A stretch of 64,000 nt of DNA from assembly GCA_963767005.1 (NCBI GenBank), contig CAVYCN010000002.1:448001-512000 (forward strand), written 5' to 3'. The first letter of the stretch is position 1. Each line of letters starts with the position of its first letter. Shown here piece by piece: positions 19,135 to 33,958 of the stretch. Made by a program: the position numbers and the translations under genes. The notes beneath the pieces were generated by a model. The model was not told where the DNA came from. It did no database searches and saw only the letters and a list, made by a program, of their open reading frames with translations. The stretch comes from an uncultured Actinomycetes bacterium. GTDB lineage: Bacteria > Actinomycetota > Thermoleophilia > UBA2241.

Positions 19135-19725
19135 TCAAGACCTCGCTTGCAGGAAGGTGACCCATGTGTCGCCGTAGTGCCTGACGCGGAGCTCCGCGAA
19201 CGGCAGCCGCACGGCCTGGCCCTTGGCCGTCTCGACCGCCACGACGGCCTTTGGGCAAAGCACACCCGGCAGCCGATCGGCAAGCTCAGCCTCGACCGCC
19301 GGGTACAGCGCGTACGGCGCGTCCACGAGCACGAGATTATACCGTCTTGCCGTGGCGAGGTCAGCCTCGAGCGCGCGACGGTAGTCGACGGCGCGCACCT
19401 CACGCGCCGCCGGCGTCACCTCGAGAGCCGCGAGGTTCGCCCGCAGGGCGCGCAGCGCACCCGCCTCGTGCTCGACGAAGACGCAGGCCGTCGCCCCGCG
19501 CGACAGCGCCTCGATGCCGAGGGCGCCGCTGCCGGCGAACAGGTCGAGCGCGGCGAGGCCGGCGAAGGGCTCAGCGGCATCCTCGCCGGGCGGCGCCTCG
19601 CTCAGGCGCTGGGCCGTGAGAACGTCGAAGACGGCCTCACGCACGCGGTCGGACGTGGGGCGGGTCGCGCGGCCGGCCGGCGCCGTCAGGCGCCGGCCGC
19701 GCCAACGTCCGCCCACTACGCGCAT
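19135..19725 (-). CDS. rsmD: 16S rRNA m2G966 methyltransferase RsmD
   Basis: Motifs TRPTSDRVREAVF and LDLFAGSGALGIEALSRGA. Confidence 0.93.
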   Translation of the reverse strand: MRVVGGRWRGRRLTAPAGRATRPTSDRVREAVFDVLTAQRLSEAPPGEDAAEPFAGLAALDLFAGSGALGIEALSRGATACVFVEHEAGALRALRANLAALEVTPAAREVRAVDYRRALEADLATARRYNLVLVDAPYALYPAVEAELADRLPGVLCPKAVVAVETAKGQAVRLPFAELRVRHYGDTWVTFLQARS

Positions 19726-21053
19726 CAGTGCGCCGCCCCGGCGGCACGGCCGGCCGCGGAGTCGCGGCCGAGCACGGCGGCGCGCGCCGCCGGCGGCTCG
19801 TCGCCGATCTCGAAGGCGGCGCCGAGCAGCCGCGCGGCGGCCATGCGCGCGTCGCGCCGGCGCGAGAACACACGCGCCAGCGTGTCACCGGCGGCCACGG
19901 CGCTGCCGGGCGGAGCGTCGACGATCACCCCGGCGGCGGAGTCGATCTCGTCGTCGGCACGGCCGCGACCCGCGCCCGACGCCTGCGCCGCCCGCCCCAC
20001 CGCGCGCGCGTCGACGGCCCGCACGAAGCCGGCGCGCGGGGCGACGACGGGGTCGTCGGCCAGGCGGTGGAACTCCCCGGGCTTGAAGCGGCCGCCCTGC
20101 ACGGCGACCCAGCGCTCGAACCACTCGGCCGCCCGGCCGCCTTCAAGCGCCGCCTCGGCCCGCGCCCGGGCGGCGCGCTCGTCGAGGCCGAGGTCGGACA
20201 GGCCGAGCAGCACCGCGGCCAGCGCGAGCACGACCTCGCGCACGTCGGCCGGTCCGCCGCCGGTCAGCACCTCCCAGGCCTCCTCAACCTCGAGGCGGTT
20301 GCCGACCGCGCGCCCGAGGGGCGCGTCCATCGCCGTGTACACGCAGCTCACGTCGCGCCCGTACTCGCGACCGATCAGCCGGCAGAGCTCACCCAGCGCC
20401 TGGGCGTCTGCCGGCGTGGCGCTCAGGGCGCCGGCGCCGACGGTCAGGTCGAGCACGAGGGCCGACGTGCCGCTGGCGACCTTCTTCGCCATGATGCTGG
20501 CGGCGATCAGGCCGGCGTTCTCGACGGTCCCTGTCACGTCGCGCAGCGCGTACAGGACGCGGTCGGCCGGCACCAGGCGCTCGCTCTGGCTCACGACGGC
20601 GACGCCGATGCGCTCGAGCTGGCGCAGAAAGTCGCCCTGCGAGAGCTGCACACGAAAGCCGGGGATCGATTCGAGCTTGTCGAGCGTTCCGCCGGTGTGC
20701 CCGAGCCCGCGCCCCGACATCTTGCCGAACAGGGCGCCGCACGACGCGACGAGCGGCGCGAGCACCAGCGTGACCTTGTCGCCGACCCCGCCGCTCGAGT
20801 GCTTGTCGAGCACCGGGCGGCCGAGCACGCGCAGGTCGAGCACCTTGCCGCTGTCTACCATGGCTCGGGCGAGCGCCACCGTCTCGGCCGCCGAGAAGCC
20901 GCGCAACACGATCGCCATGAGCAGGGCGCTCGCCTGGTACGGCGGGATCGAGCCGTCGACGACGCCGGTCACGAAGGCCCGCAGAGCAGGCTCGTCGAGC
21001 TCGGCGCCGTCGCGCTTCGGGGCGATCAGGTCGTGGACCACGTCGAGCGTCAC
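19725..21053 (-). CDS. pdp: Pyrimidine-nucleoside/thymidine phosphorylase
   Basis: Motifs DKHSSGGVGDK and KMSGRGLGHTGGTLDKLE. Confidence 0.93.
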   Translation of the reverse strand: MTLDVVHDLIAPKRDGAELDEPALRAFVTGVVDGSIPPYQASALLMAIVLRGFSAAETVALARAMVDSGKVLDLRVLGRPVLDKHSSGGVGDKVTLVLAPLVASCGALFGKMSGRGLGHTGGTLDKLESIPGFRVQLSQGDFLRQLERIGVAVVSQSERLVPADRVLYALRDVTGTVENAGLIAASIMAKKVASGTSALVLDLTVGAGALSATPADAQALGELCRLIGREYGRDVSCVYTAMDAPLGRAVGNRLEVEEAWEVLTGGGPADVREVVLALAAVLLGLSDLGLDERAARARAEAALEGGRAAEWFERWVAVQGGRFKPGEFHRLADDPVVAPRAGFVRAVDARAVGRAAQASGAGRGRADDEIDSAAGVIVDAPPGSAVAAGDTLARVFSRRRDARMAAARLLGAAFEIGDEPPAARAAVLGRDSAAGRAAGAAH

Positions 21054-21804
21054 GCGACCTCCTGAAGGAAGGCCTCGGCAAGGGTCGCGAGGCCCTGGCT
21101 CAGACCGGCCTCGAGCCGCTTCCCGACCCCGAGGACGGCGCTGTGGTCTGAGACGGCCCCGGACCGGTTCGCCACGAGCGACAGCATGCAGACGGGCAGC
21201 CCGTGGCGCCGCGCCGCGCGCACCTCGACGGCGGCCGACATCCCGACGACCTCACCGAAGGAGCGCAGCCAGGCGGCCTCGGCCGGCGTCTCGTACTGCG
21301 GGCCGGGCACGGCCACGTAGCGCCCCACGCGGGCGGGAAGCTGGGGCGGGAGCTTCCTCGCCAGGCGTGCGGCCGCGCCGTCGCCCGCCACGGGTAACGT
21401 GCGCGCCGGCCCGCGCAGTGCGCCCTGCAGATCGACTACCGACCTCACGACGACGGCATCGCCGGGCGCGAGAGCCTGGTCGAGCGCCCCCACGGCGTTG
21501 GTCAGCAGCAGGCCGCGCACGCCGGCGCCGGCCAGGTCGTCGACCGCGCGGGCGGCGCGACCGGGCGTCCAGCCTTCGTACAGGTGGCAGCGTCCGCAGG
21601 CGAGCAGAAGGCGCACCGTCGGCCGGCCGGCCGCGGGCCAGACGGCGACGAGCAGCCGGTTGGGATGGCCGGCGACCGCGCTCGCCGGCCAGCCGAGCGC
21701 ACCGTAGTCGAGCTCGTCGACGACCTCGGCCCCCGCCGGCACGACGGCCAGGCCCGAGCCGGACACCACGGCCAGATCGGCGCGCGGCAGGTATCGCGCG
21801 GCAC

Positions 21805-21808
<4 letters not shown>
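21050..21808 (-). CDS. punA: Purine-nucleoside phosphorylase (trimeric type)
   Basis: Motifs GSGL, GRCHLYEG, GPQYETPAE and VGMS. Confidence 0.87.
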
Positions 21809-22934
<1,126 letters not shown>

Positions 22935-22938
<4 letters not shown>

Positions 22939-23936
22939 GACTCCTCCCCCGCGGCATGGCCGCCGGCGCGCGGCACCCCTCGCGCGCGTCGCCGGGCGCG
23001 CGGATGGGTGCTGTAGTAGACCTCGCGCAGGTGCTCGGCGGTGACGTGCGTGTAGACCTCGGTCGTAGCGATATCGCTGTGACCCAGCATCTCCTGCACG
23101 GCCCGCAGATCGGCGCCACCCTGAACGAGGTGGGTCGCGAAGCTGTGGCGGAACGTGTGGGCGCTCGCTCGGCCCTCATAGCCGACCCGCTTGAGTATGC
23201 GCCGCAGCACGTAGTCGAGGCCCTGCCGGCTGAGCGGCCGGCCGCGCGCGTTCAGAAAGAGCTCGTCGTGGCGGCGGCCGCGCGCGAGAAGGCGGCGGCC
23301 GTGGGCCACGTAGCGGCCCACGGCCGCCGCCGCCGGCGCGCCGAGGGGCACCACGCGCTCCTTGTCGCCCTTGCCGAGACAGCGTAGGAGACCGCCCTCG
23401 AGATCGACGTCGGCCAGGCGCAGGCTCACGATCTCGCCGGCGCGCAGGCCGCAGCCGTAGAGCAGCTCGAGCAAGGCGAGGTCGCGCTCGGCAAGCGGCC
23501 CCTCGAGCGGCACGCCGGCGAGCACGGTCTCGACCTCGTCGACGCGCAATACCCGGGGCAGGTGACGCGGGTGCTTGGGCGTCGTCAGGTGGGCCGCCGG
23601 GTCGGCCTCGAGGTCGCGTTCCCGTACGAGATACCCGTACAGCCCGCGCACGGCGGCCATGCGGCGCGCCACGCTCGTCGTGGCGCCGTCACCACCTGGG
23701 CCGGCGAAGTAGCCGTAGACATCGTCCTCGGTGGCCGTCAGGACAGGCGCGCTCGAGACCGCAGCTGCCGGATCGGCGGTAGCGTCTCGAGCCGGCCGGC
23801 GGCCGTCGAGCCAGGCGGCGTAGGCGGCGAGGTCGCGACCGTAGGCGGCGACGGTGTTGGGGCGCAGCGCGCGCTCGAATGCGAGGTAGGCGAGGTAGTC
23901 CTCGACGGCCGGGTCGCCGGCCGGCCCGGGCGGCAT
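22935..23936 (-). CDS. xerD: Tyrosine recombinase XerD
   Basis: Motifs GLRAGE, GKGDKERVVP, HTFRHSFATHL and LGHSDIATTEVY; upstream of deoB. Confidence 0.88.
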
Positions 23937-23937
23937 C

Positions 23938-26957
<3,020 letters not shown>

Positions 26958-28616
26958 TCAGGCGGTGCGCGCGGCGCGGGCCCGTTCGAGCAGGGTACGA
27001 GCGTGCTCGCGGGCCGAGGCGTCGCCGGCCTCACCGCCCAGCATGCGGGCGAGCTCGTCGAGGCGCTCGTCGCCGTCGACGACGCTCACGAGCGTCTCGG
27101 TAGTGTCGGCCGCAAGGTCGGCCGTCTTGCGGATCACGAAGTGGCGCTCGGCGAAGACCGCCACCTGCGGCAGGTGGGTGATGCAGACCACCTGGGCGGC
27201 CCCCGCGAGGGCCGCGAGGCGGGCGCCGAGGACGTTCGCCGTCACCCCGCCGATGCCGGTGTCGACCTCGTCGAAGATGAGCGTGCGCACGTCGTGGCCC
27301 AGGTGGACCAGGCTCTTGATGGCGAGCATGGCGCGCGACAGCTCACCGCCCGAGGCCGTCTCGCGCAGCGGTCGGGACGGCACCCCGGGGTTGGCCGAGA
27401 ACAGGAACTCCGCCTCGTCGCGACCGCGCGGACCGAGCCCCTCGACGCCGTCGCCGCGCGGCCGCAGATCGACCGCAAAGCGGGCGTGCGGCATGGCCAG
27501 ACCGCGCAGCTCGCCGGCCACCGCCTCAGCGAAGGCCGGCGCGGCCACGGCGCGTGCCTGCGTCAGCTCGGCGGCGACGGTGACGGCGCGTGCCTGAGCC
27601 GCGTCGAGGCGCTCGACCAGGGCCGACTCGTCGGACTCCTGGCGCTCGAGTGCCGCGAGGCGCTCGCTGGCCGCCGCTGAGAAGGCAAGGACGGCGTCGG
27701 CCGAGCCGCCGTACTTGCGCGTGAGCAACGTGAGGCGGTCGTAGCGCAGCTCGACGGCGTCGCGGTGGGCGGGGTCGACGTCGAGCTCGTCGAGGTAGCC
27801 GCGCAGGGCCGCAAGCAGGTCGTCGGCTTCGGCCGTGAGCGCGGCCAGGCGCGTCGCAGAGGCGGTGAGCAAGGAGTCGAGCGCTTCGGCCTCGGCGAGC
27901 AGCCGCTCGGCCGCGCGCAGCGCGTCGAGCCCGCCGCCGGCGGCGCCGTCGTCGCGCAGCAGCGCGACGGCGCCGGCCACCCGCTCGACCAGCTTCTCGG
28001 CGTGACGTAGGCGCTCGCGCTCGGCCTTCAGCGTCTGGTCTTCGCCGGGCTGGACGCCGGCCGCCTCGATCTCGTCGATCTGGAAACGCAGCAGGTCGAG
28101 CTCGCGCTCGCGGTCGCGGCCCTCGCCGCGGATCGCGCCGAGCTCGCGGGCGAGCTCCTGCGCCTGCGACCAGGCGGTCGCGTAGTCGGCCAGCAGCGCA
28201 GCCACGGCCGACCCCGCCCAGGCGTCGAGCAGGTCGAGCTGCCGATCGAGCTGCAGCAGGCGGGCATGCTCGAGCTGCCCGTAGAAGGCGACCCGCTCGC
28301 GCAACGCCGACTCGACGGCCGCGAGCGACGACACGAGGCCGTCGAGGAACGCGCGCGAGCGCCCGCCGCGGGCCACGCGGCGGGCCACGGCGAGCGTCTC
28401 GCCACCGTCGTCGAACACGGCTTCGACGAGCGCGTGCTCGCAGCCCGGCCTGACCAGGCTCTCCTCGCCCTTCTGCCCCAGGAGCAGGCCGATCGCCTGC
28501 GTGAGCAGGGTCTTGCCGGCGCCGGTCTCGCCGGTGATCACGTTGAGGCCGGGGGCGAGCTCGAGGCGCGCCCGGGCGATCAGCACGAGATCGTCGATGG
28601 CAAGCTCAGCGATCAT
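26958..28616 (-). CDS. recN: DNA repair protein RecN
   Basis: Motifs TGETGAGKT, ASGGELSR, FDEVDTGIGG and ITHLPQVA. Confidence 0.95.
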   Translation of the reverse strand: MIAELAIDDLVLIARARLELAPGLNVITGETGAGKTLLTQAIGLLLGQKGEESLVRPGCEHALVEAVFDDGGETLAVARRVARGGRSRAFLDGLVSSLAAVESALRERVAFYGQLEHARLLQLDRQLDLLDAWAGSAVAALLADYATAWSQAQELARELGAIRGEGRDRERELDLLRFQIDEIEAAGVQPGEDQTLKAERERLRHAEKLVERVAGAVALLRDDGAAGGGLDALRAAERLLAEAEALDSLLTASATRLAALTAEADDLLAALRGYLDELDVDPAHRDAVELRYDRLTLLTRKYGGSADAVLAFSAAASERLAALERQESDESALVERLDAAQARAVTVAAELTQARAVAAPAFAEAVAGELRGLAMPHARFAVDLRPRGDGVEGLGPRGRDEAEFLFSANPGVPSRPLRETASGGELSRAMLAIKSLVHLGHDVRTLIFDEVDTGIGGVTANVLGARLAALAGAAQVVCITHLPQVAVFAERHFVIRKTADLAADTTETLVSVVDGDERLDELARMLGGEAGDASAREHARTLLERARAARTA

Positions 28617-28634
28617 GGCGCGCTGTCCGGACCG

Positions 28635-29507
28635 CTAGAAGACATGCTTCGCCCGATTGAAGAGCTTCTCCTCGACGTTGTGGTAGAACGAGCCGCCCTC
28701 GCTCACGAGCAGGCGCGCGCGGGCGGCGCCGGCGGTGATCTCGACCGTCTCGCCGCAGCACAGGCGACCCACCTCGGTGCCGTCGGCGAGGATCTCGGCT
28801 TCGTCGGTGGGCGACGAGTTGCGCACCCGGATGACGTGATCGGGGCGCAGCACGAGCGGCCGGAACCCGAGGGAATGCGGGGCGATGAAGTTGAGCACGA
28901 GAGCGTCGGCGTCCCACACGACGAGAGGGCCGGCGCACGAGAGGTTGTAGGCCGTGGAGCCCGCCGGGGAGGCCACGATCATGCCGTCGCACAGCATCTC
29001 GCCGACGCGCGTGCCCGACACCTCGTAGACCAGGCGAACGACGCGCTGCGAGCGCACGCGTGCCAGCACGATGTCGTTGACGGCGGCGAAGCGCGCGCCG
29101 TTCAGGCGAGCCTCGACGGTGAGCAGTTCGATGATCGTGTAGCTGCCGCGCGTGATGCGCTCGAGGCCCTCGCGCCAGTCGCTGCGGCGCATGCCGGCCA
29201 GAAAGCCGACGTTGCCGAAGTTCACCCCGGTGGTCGGCACGCCGCTGCCCAGCATGCGCCCGAGGGCGCGCAGGATCGTGCCGTCGCCGCCCAGCACGAG
29301 GCACAGGTCGACGGTGCGCAGCTCGTCGTCGCCGACGACGCGAAAGCCGTTCGCCGCGTCGAAGCCGTGCTTGGCGCCCTCGTCGAGCGGCACCACGAGG
29401 TCGAGGCCGAGACGATGCCCCTCGGCGGCCAGGTCGGTCAGCGTCGCGGCCGTGGTGCGCGGGTCGGTGTGGGTGAGGACGGCGACACGCCGCAAGGCCT
29501 CAGCCAT
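28635..29507 (-). CDS. nadK: NAD kinase
   Basis: Motifs LGGDGTIL, ND and DG...GSTAYNLS. Confidence 0.93.
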   Translation of the reverse strand: MAEALRRVAVLTHTDPRTTAATLTDLAAEGHRLGLDLVVPLDEGAKHGFDAANGFRVVGDDELRTVDLCLVLGGDGTILRALGRMLGSGVPTTGVNFGNVGFLAGMRRSDWREGLERITRGSYTIIELLTVEARLNGARFAAVNDIVLARVRSQRVVRLVYEVSGTRVGEMLCDGMIVASPAGSTAYNLSCAGPLVVWDADALVLNFIAPHSLGFRPLVLRPDHVIRVRNSSPTDEAEILADGTEVGRLCCGETVEITAGAARARLLVSEGGSFYHNVEEKLFNRAKHVF

Positions 29508-30300
29508 GGACGGCCTCGACCGCCGCGCTCGCGGCCTGCCGCGCGTCGAGGCGCGCCGCGGCCAGCGGGCTGCGCGCGTCGCAGAAGTACGCGAAGTATT
29601 CCACGTTGCCCCTCGGGCCGGGGTGTCCGGAGTCGCATGCGCCGAGCACCGCGGCCCCGCGCTGCTCGAGCCACGCGCCGAAGCCGGCGACGACCTGCAG
29701 GTGGACGGCCGGGTCGCGCACGACGCCGCCCTTGCCGACCAGCTCGCGGCCGGCTTCGAACTGCGGCTTGACGAGCACGAGGCCGCGATAGTCGGCGCGG
29801 GCGCATTCTAGCACAGGCCCCAGGGCGAGCCGCAGCGAGATGAAGGACACGTCGGCGGTGACGAAGTCGGGCGCGTAGGGCAAACGATCGCACGTCAGAT
29901 GGCGGCTGTTCGTGCGCTCCAGCACGCTCACCCGGGGATCGCCCCGCAGGCGGTAGTCGAGCAGGCCGTAGCCGACGTCGACCGCGACCACACGGCGCGC
30001 GCCGTGCTGCAGGAGGCAGTCGACGAAGCCGCCCGTCGAGCTGCCCAGGTCGCAGACCTCGGCGCCGTCGACCTCGACCCCGAGCGCCGCCAGGCCATGA
30101 GCCAGCTTGTCGCCGCCACGCGACACGTAGCGTGGCCGGACGGCCAGCACGAGCTCGCTGTCGGCCGCGACCAGCTCCCCCGGCTTGTCGAGACGCCGTC
30201 CGCCGGCCGAGACCTCGCCGGCCAGCACGGCGGCCCGCGCCTGAGAACGCGTGGCGAACAGCCCGCGCGCGACGAGCAGCGTGTCGAGCCGCTCCCGCAC
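29500..30300 (-). CDS. tlyA: TlyA rRNA 2'-O-methyltransferase
   Basis: S4 domain, YVSRGGDKL, DVSFISL and LVKPQFE. Confidence 0.95.
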   Translation of the reverse strand: MRERLDTLLVARGLFATRSQARAAVLAGEVSAGGRRLDKPGELVAADSELVLAVRPRYVSRGGDKLAHGLAALGVEVDGAEVCDLGSSTGGFVDCLLQHGARRVVAVDVGYGLLDYRLRGDPRVSVLERTNSRHLTCDRLPYAPDFVTADVSFISLRLALGPVLECARADYRGLVLVKPQFEAGRELVGKGGVVRDPAVHLQVVAGFGAWLEQRGAAVLGACDSGHPGPRGNVEYFAYFCDARSPLAAARLDARQAASAAVEAVHG

Positions 30301-30303
30301 CGC

Positions 30304-32184
30304 TCAGCAGATGTGGACGAGACCCGGCTGGCGCTCGAGGACGGCGGCGGCGATCGCCTCGGGGGTGAGGCCGAGGTCGGCCAGCAGCCGCCGTCGGTCG
30401 CCGTGGCCGACGAACTCGTCGGGCAGGCCGAAGCGGCGCACGCGCACGTCGGCATCGGCCAGGTACTCGGCCACGGCGCTGCCGAAGCCGCCGGCGAGGG
30501 CGTTCTCCTCGATCGTGATGATGCGGGCGTGCGTGTCGGCGAGCTCGTCGAGGAGCGCCGTGTCGAGCGGCTTGACGAAGCGCGCGTCGACCACGGTCGG
30601 ATGCGCGCCGGCGCCCTCGAGCAGGTCGGCGGCGCGGAGCGCGAGGTCGACGCCCGTGCCGGCCCCGACAAGCGCCACCTCCCGGCCCTCGCGCAGCACC
30701 CTGGCGGTGCCGATCTCGAGCGCCGTGAGCTCGGCCGGCTCGTCGAAGGCCGCCGCGAGGCCGCGCGGGTAGCGCACGGCCACCGGCCCGTCGTGCAAGA
30801 GCGCCGTGTGGATCATGTGCTGCAGCTCGGCGTGGCTCGACGGCGCCATGACGACGAGGCGCGGGATGAGGCGCAGGTACGAGAGGTCGAACGCACCGTG
30901 GTGCGTGGGTCCGTCGTCGCCGACCAAGCCGGCCCTGTCGAGCGCGAAGACGACCGGGATGCGTTGCAGCGCGACGTCCTGCACGAGCATGTCGAAGGCG
31001 CGTTGCAGGAAGGTCGAGTACACCGCCACCACCGGCCGCATGCCGGCCAGGGCGAGGCCGGCGGCGAAGACGACGGCGTGCTCCTCGGCGATGCCGACGT
31101 CGTAGAGACGCTGCGGGAACTCGGCCTCGAAGGCCTCGAGGCCGGTGCCCTGCGTCATCGCCGCGGTGATCGCCACGACGCGCGGGTCGCGACGCGCCTC
31201 GCGCACCATGACCCTGCCGAAGGCCTCCGTGTAGGTCGAGCCGCGCGCCGCCGCCTTGCGCTCGCCGTTGGCAAGCTCGAACGGGCCGGTGCCGTGGAAC
31301 TCGGCCGGCTGCTCCTCGGCGGGCACGTAGCCCTTGCCTTTCACCGTGCGCACGTGCACGAGCACCGGCCGCTCGGTGTCGATCGCCTGCTGGATGGCGA
31401 GGCGCAGCGCGGCGATGTCGTGACCGTTCACCACACCGATATAGGCGAAGCCGAGCTCCTCGAAGATGAGACCCGGTCCAAGGAAGGCCTTCATGCTCTC
31501 CTTGACGTCCTTGCCCAGGCTGTAGGCGCGCGCGCCGATGGCCGGGATGCGGGCGATGCTGCGTTCCATGTCCTCGCGCAGGCGGGTGAGACCGGGGTCG
31601 AGGCGGAAGCGATTCAGGTAGAGCTGGAAGGCGCCCACGTTGGGCTTGATCGACATCTGGTTGTCGTTCAGCACGACGACGAGCGGCGTGCGGAGCTGGC
31701 CGGCCTGGTTCATGGCCTCGAAGGCGACGCCGCCCGTGAGCGCGCCGTCGCCCAGCACGCAGACGACGTGGCCGTCGCTCCGGCCGCTCAGCTTCACCGC
31801 CTCGACGAGGCCCAGGCCATAACTGATCGACGTCGAGGCGTGGCCGGTGCCGACGACGTCGTGCTCGGATTCGTCGCGACACGGGAAACCCGACAGGCCG
31901 CCGTACTGGCGGATGGTGTTGAAGCACTCGGCGCGCCCCGTGATGATCTTGTGGGCGTAGGCCTGGTGGCCGACGTCCCAGATGATCTTGTCGCGGGGGC
32001 TCTCGAGGACGCTGTGCAGGGCGACGGTGAGCTCGACCGCCCCCAGGCTGGCCGCCAGGTGGCCGCCCACCTCGCTCACGCACGACAGGATCGCCTCGCG
32101 TATCTCGTCGGCGAGTCCCTGAAGTTCGGCGATCGACAGTGAGTGCAGGTCGGAGGGACCGCAGATACGCAGCAGCTGGTCCAT
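30304..32184 (-). CDS. dxs: 1-deoxy-D-xylulose-5-phosphate synthase
   Basis: Motifs WDVGHQAY, GDGALTGG, DVGIAEEHAV and DGPTHHG. Confidence 0.97.
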   Translation of the reverse strand: MDQLLRICGPSDLHSLSIAELQGLADEIREAILSCVSEVGGHLAASLGAVELTVALHSVLESPRDKIIWDVGHQAYAHKIITGRAECFNTIRQYGGLSGFPCRDESEHDVVGTGHASTSISYGLGLVEAVKLSGRSDGHVVCVLGDGALTGGVAFEAMNQAGQLRTPLVVVLNDNQMSIKPNVGAFQLYLNRFRLDPGLTRLREDMERSIARIPAIGARAYSLGKDVKESMKAFLGPGLIFEELGFAYIGVVNGHDIAALRLAIQQAIDTERPVLVHVRTVKGKGYVPAEEQPAEFHGTGPFELANGERKAAARGSTYTEAFGRVMVREARRDPRVVAITAAMTQGTGLEAFEAEFPQRLYDVGIAEEHAVVFAAGLALAGMRPVVAVYSTFLQRAFDMLVQDVALQRIPVVFALDRAGLVGDDGPTHHGAFDLSYLRLIPRLVVMAPSSHAELQHMIHTALLHDGPVAVRYPRGLAAAFDEPAELTALEIGTARVLREGREVALVGAGTGVDLALRAADLLEGAGAHPTVVDARFVKPLDTALLDELADTHARIITIEENALAGGFGSAVAEYLADADVRVRRFGLPDEFVGHGDRRRLLADLGLTPEAIAAAVLERQPGLVHIC

Positions 32185-32193
32185 TGGCCACGG

Positions 32194-32202
32194 AGTATAC
32201 CA
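32194..32202 (-). promoter_or_regulatory. Extended -10 (TGGTATACT) 9 nt before the dxs ATG; near-leaderless
   Basis: TGgTATACT-ccgtggcca-ATG; no SD. Confidence 0.55.
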
Positions 32203-32314
32203 CCCGGGCCGCCGGCCACGCCCGGCGACCGTTCGCACGCAGGGATCTCCGCGTGCGACCGCCGCAGGCGGCGCGCGACGGGCGACCCGGCCGGCGCCCG
32301 CCGGGGCCGAGCCT

Positions 32315-33253
32315 CTAGGAGCGCCGCAGGTAGATGTAGTCGGCCACCGCCGCGAGACTGCCGACGTCGCCGCCCAGCTCGGCGAGGCGGGCCCGAGCGC
32401 GAGCGTGGCTCTCGCCGGCGAGACGACGGGCCCCCTCGAGCCCATGACGCGAGACGTAGGTCGTCTTGGCCTGACGCTCGTCCTTGCCGGCCGTCTTGCC
32501 GAGCGCCGCGGCGTCGCCCTCGACGTCGAGGATATCGTCGACGATCTGGAACAGCAGGCCGATCTCGCGGGCGAAGGCGCGGTGGAGCTCGAGGTCGTCC
32601 CCCTCCGCCCCGCACAGCAGGGCGCCGCCGGCCACCGACGCCTCGATCAGGCGGCCGGTCTTCAAGGAGTGCAGCAGGCGCAGCTCGTCGTCGCGCCCGG
32701 CCGTGGCGGCGACGTCCATGTACTGACCACCGACCATGCCCCGCACGCCGGTGGCCCACGCCACCTCGGACAGGGCCGCCACCAGGCAGGACGGCGCGGC
32801 CTCCTGACGGTCGGTGATCAGACGGAAGGCCTCGGCGAACAGGCCGTCGCCGGCGAGGATCGCGATGTCCTCGCCGAAGACCACATGGCAGGTCGGCCGG
32901 CCGCGCCGCAGGCTGTCGTCGTCGATCGCCGGAAGGTCGTCGTGGATCAGTGAGTAGGTGTGGATGAGCTCGAGCGCCGCCGCGAAGGGCAATACACGCC
33001 GCGGGGGCTCGCCCAGACGCTCGGCCACCGCCAGACAGAGGACCGGCCTGATGCGCTTGCCGCCGGCCAGCAGCGAATAGCGCATCGCGTCGACGAGCGG
33101 CCGGGCCGGCGGCGCCGCCCCGAAGTCGAGCTGCTCGAGGTACTCCTCGACGAGGGTGCGCAGGCGGTCGGGATACGAAGCGCCGGGGCGGCCGGCCGCC
33201 CCGGCAGCGGCCCGCGGCGGCCCGGGGTCGTCGCCCACGCCCGTCCGGCTCAC
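32315..33253 (-). CDS. ispA: Polyprenyl (farnesyl/geranyl) diphosphate synthase
   Basis: Motifs GGKRIRP, LIHDDLPAIDDDSLRRG and FQIVDDILD. Confidence 0.93.
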   Translation of the reverse strand: MSRTGVGDDPGPPRAAAGAAGRPGASYPDRLRTLVEEYLEQLDFGAAPPARPLVDAMRYSLLAGGKRIRPVLCLAVAERLGEPPRRVLPFAAALELIHTYSLIHDDLPAIDDDSLRRGRPTCHVVFGEDIAILAGDGLFAEAFRLITDRQEAAPSCLVAALSEVAWATGVRGMVGGQYMDVAATAGRDDELRLLHSLKTGRLIEASVAGGALLCGAEGDDLELHRAFAREIGLLFQIVDDILDVEGDAAALGKTAGKDERQAKTTYVSRHGLEGARRLAGESHARARARLAELGGDVGSLAAVADYIYLRRS

Positions 33254-33504
33254 GTCGGCCGGCCGGTCTCTTCGAGCAGCCGGGCGGCCTCGTCGGCGAG
33301 CTCGGCCGCGCGCTCGAAGAGGCTCATCTCGATGTCGGTCGAGCCGACCTGGCCGGCGCGCTCCTCGAGGTCGCGCAGCTCGGCGGCGATCTCGCGGACC
33401 CGGCCCAGGACGGTGTCGTCGCCCCTGCGACCGGTGTTCGCGGCGCCCGCCTGCCGGCGCGGCGTGACGCCCTCCGCCCCGTCCCGTGGGCCCGCTTCGC
33501 TCAT
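33250..33504 (-). CDS. Small helical protein, possibly a divergent exonuclease VII small subunit
   Basis: Occupies the xseB slot (nusB-X-ispA); IEMSLFERAAELA resembles the XseB helix; ATGA/GTGA coupling on both sides. Confidence 0.5.
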   Translation of the reverse strand: MSEAGPRDGAEGVTPRRQAGAANTGRRGDDTVLGRVREIAAELRDLEERAGQVGSTDIEMSLFERAAELADEAARLLEETGRPT

Positions 33505-33947
33505 CTCAGATCTCCTTTCGCGTCGCCGCGCGCCTCGGGACCACCGCCCGAGCGCAGGGCGCCGGCCAGGATGCCGTTCACGAGGGCGGCGGCCTCGTCG
33601 GTCGAGTACCGCTTGGCGAGGCGCACGGCCTCGTCGATCGCGACCTCGGCCGGCGTCTCGCCGCTGCGCAGCTCCCACAGGGCGAGGCGCAGGATGCTAC
33701 GCTCGACCGGCGCGATGCGCGCGAGCGGCCAGGCCGGCGAGTTGGCGCCGAGCTCGCTGTCGAGCGCGACCTGGCCGGCGATCACGCCGGCCACGCTGCG
33801 CTCGGTGAACTCGTCGAGGCGATAGCCCTCGCTCTCGGCGCGCCGCTCGAGCAGCGTGGCGACCGGCGTGTCGGTCACCTCGCGCTGGTAGAGGACGAAC
33901 ACCGCGTCACGCCGCGCCTGCTTGCGGCTCGGTCTGCAAGGGGTCAC
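33501..33947 (-). CDS. nusB: Transcription antitermination factor NusB
   Basis: Motifs RKQARR, WPLARIAPVERSILR, AIDEAVRLAKRY and VNGIL. Confidence 0.93.
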   Translation of the reverse strand: MTPCRPSRKQARRDAVFVLYQREVTDTPVATLLERRAESEGYRLDEFTERSVAGVIAGQVALDSELGANSPAWPLARIAPVERSILRLALWELRSGETPAEVAIDEAVRLAKRYSTDEAAALVNGILAGALRSGGGPEARGDAKGDLR

Positions 33948-33958
33948 GGTCGCGGCCG

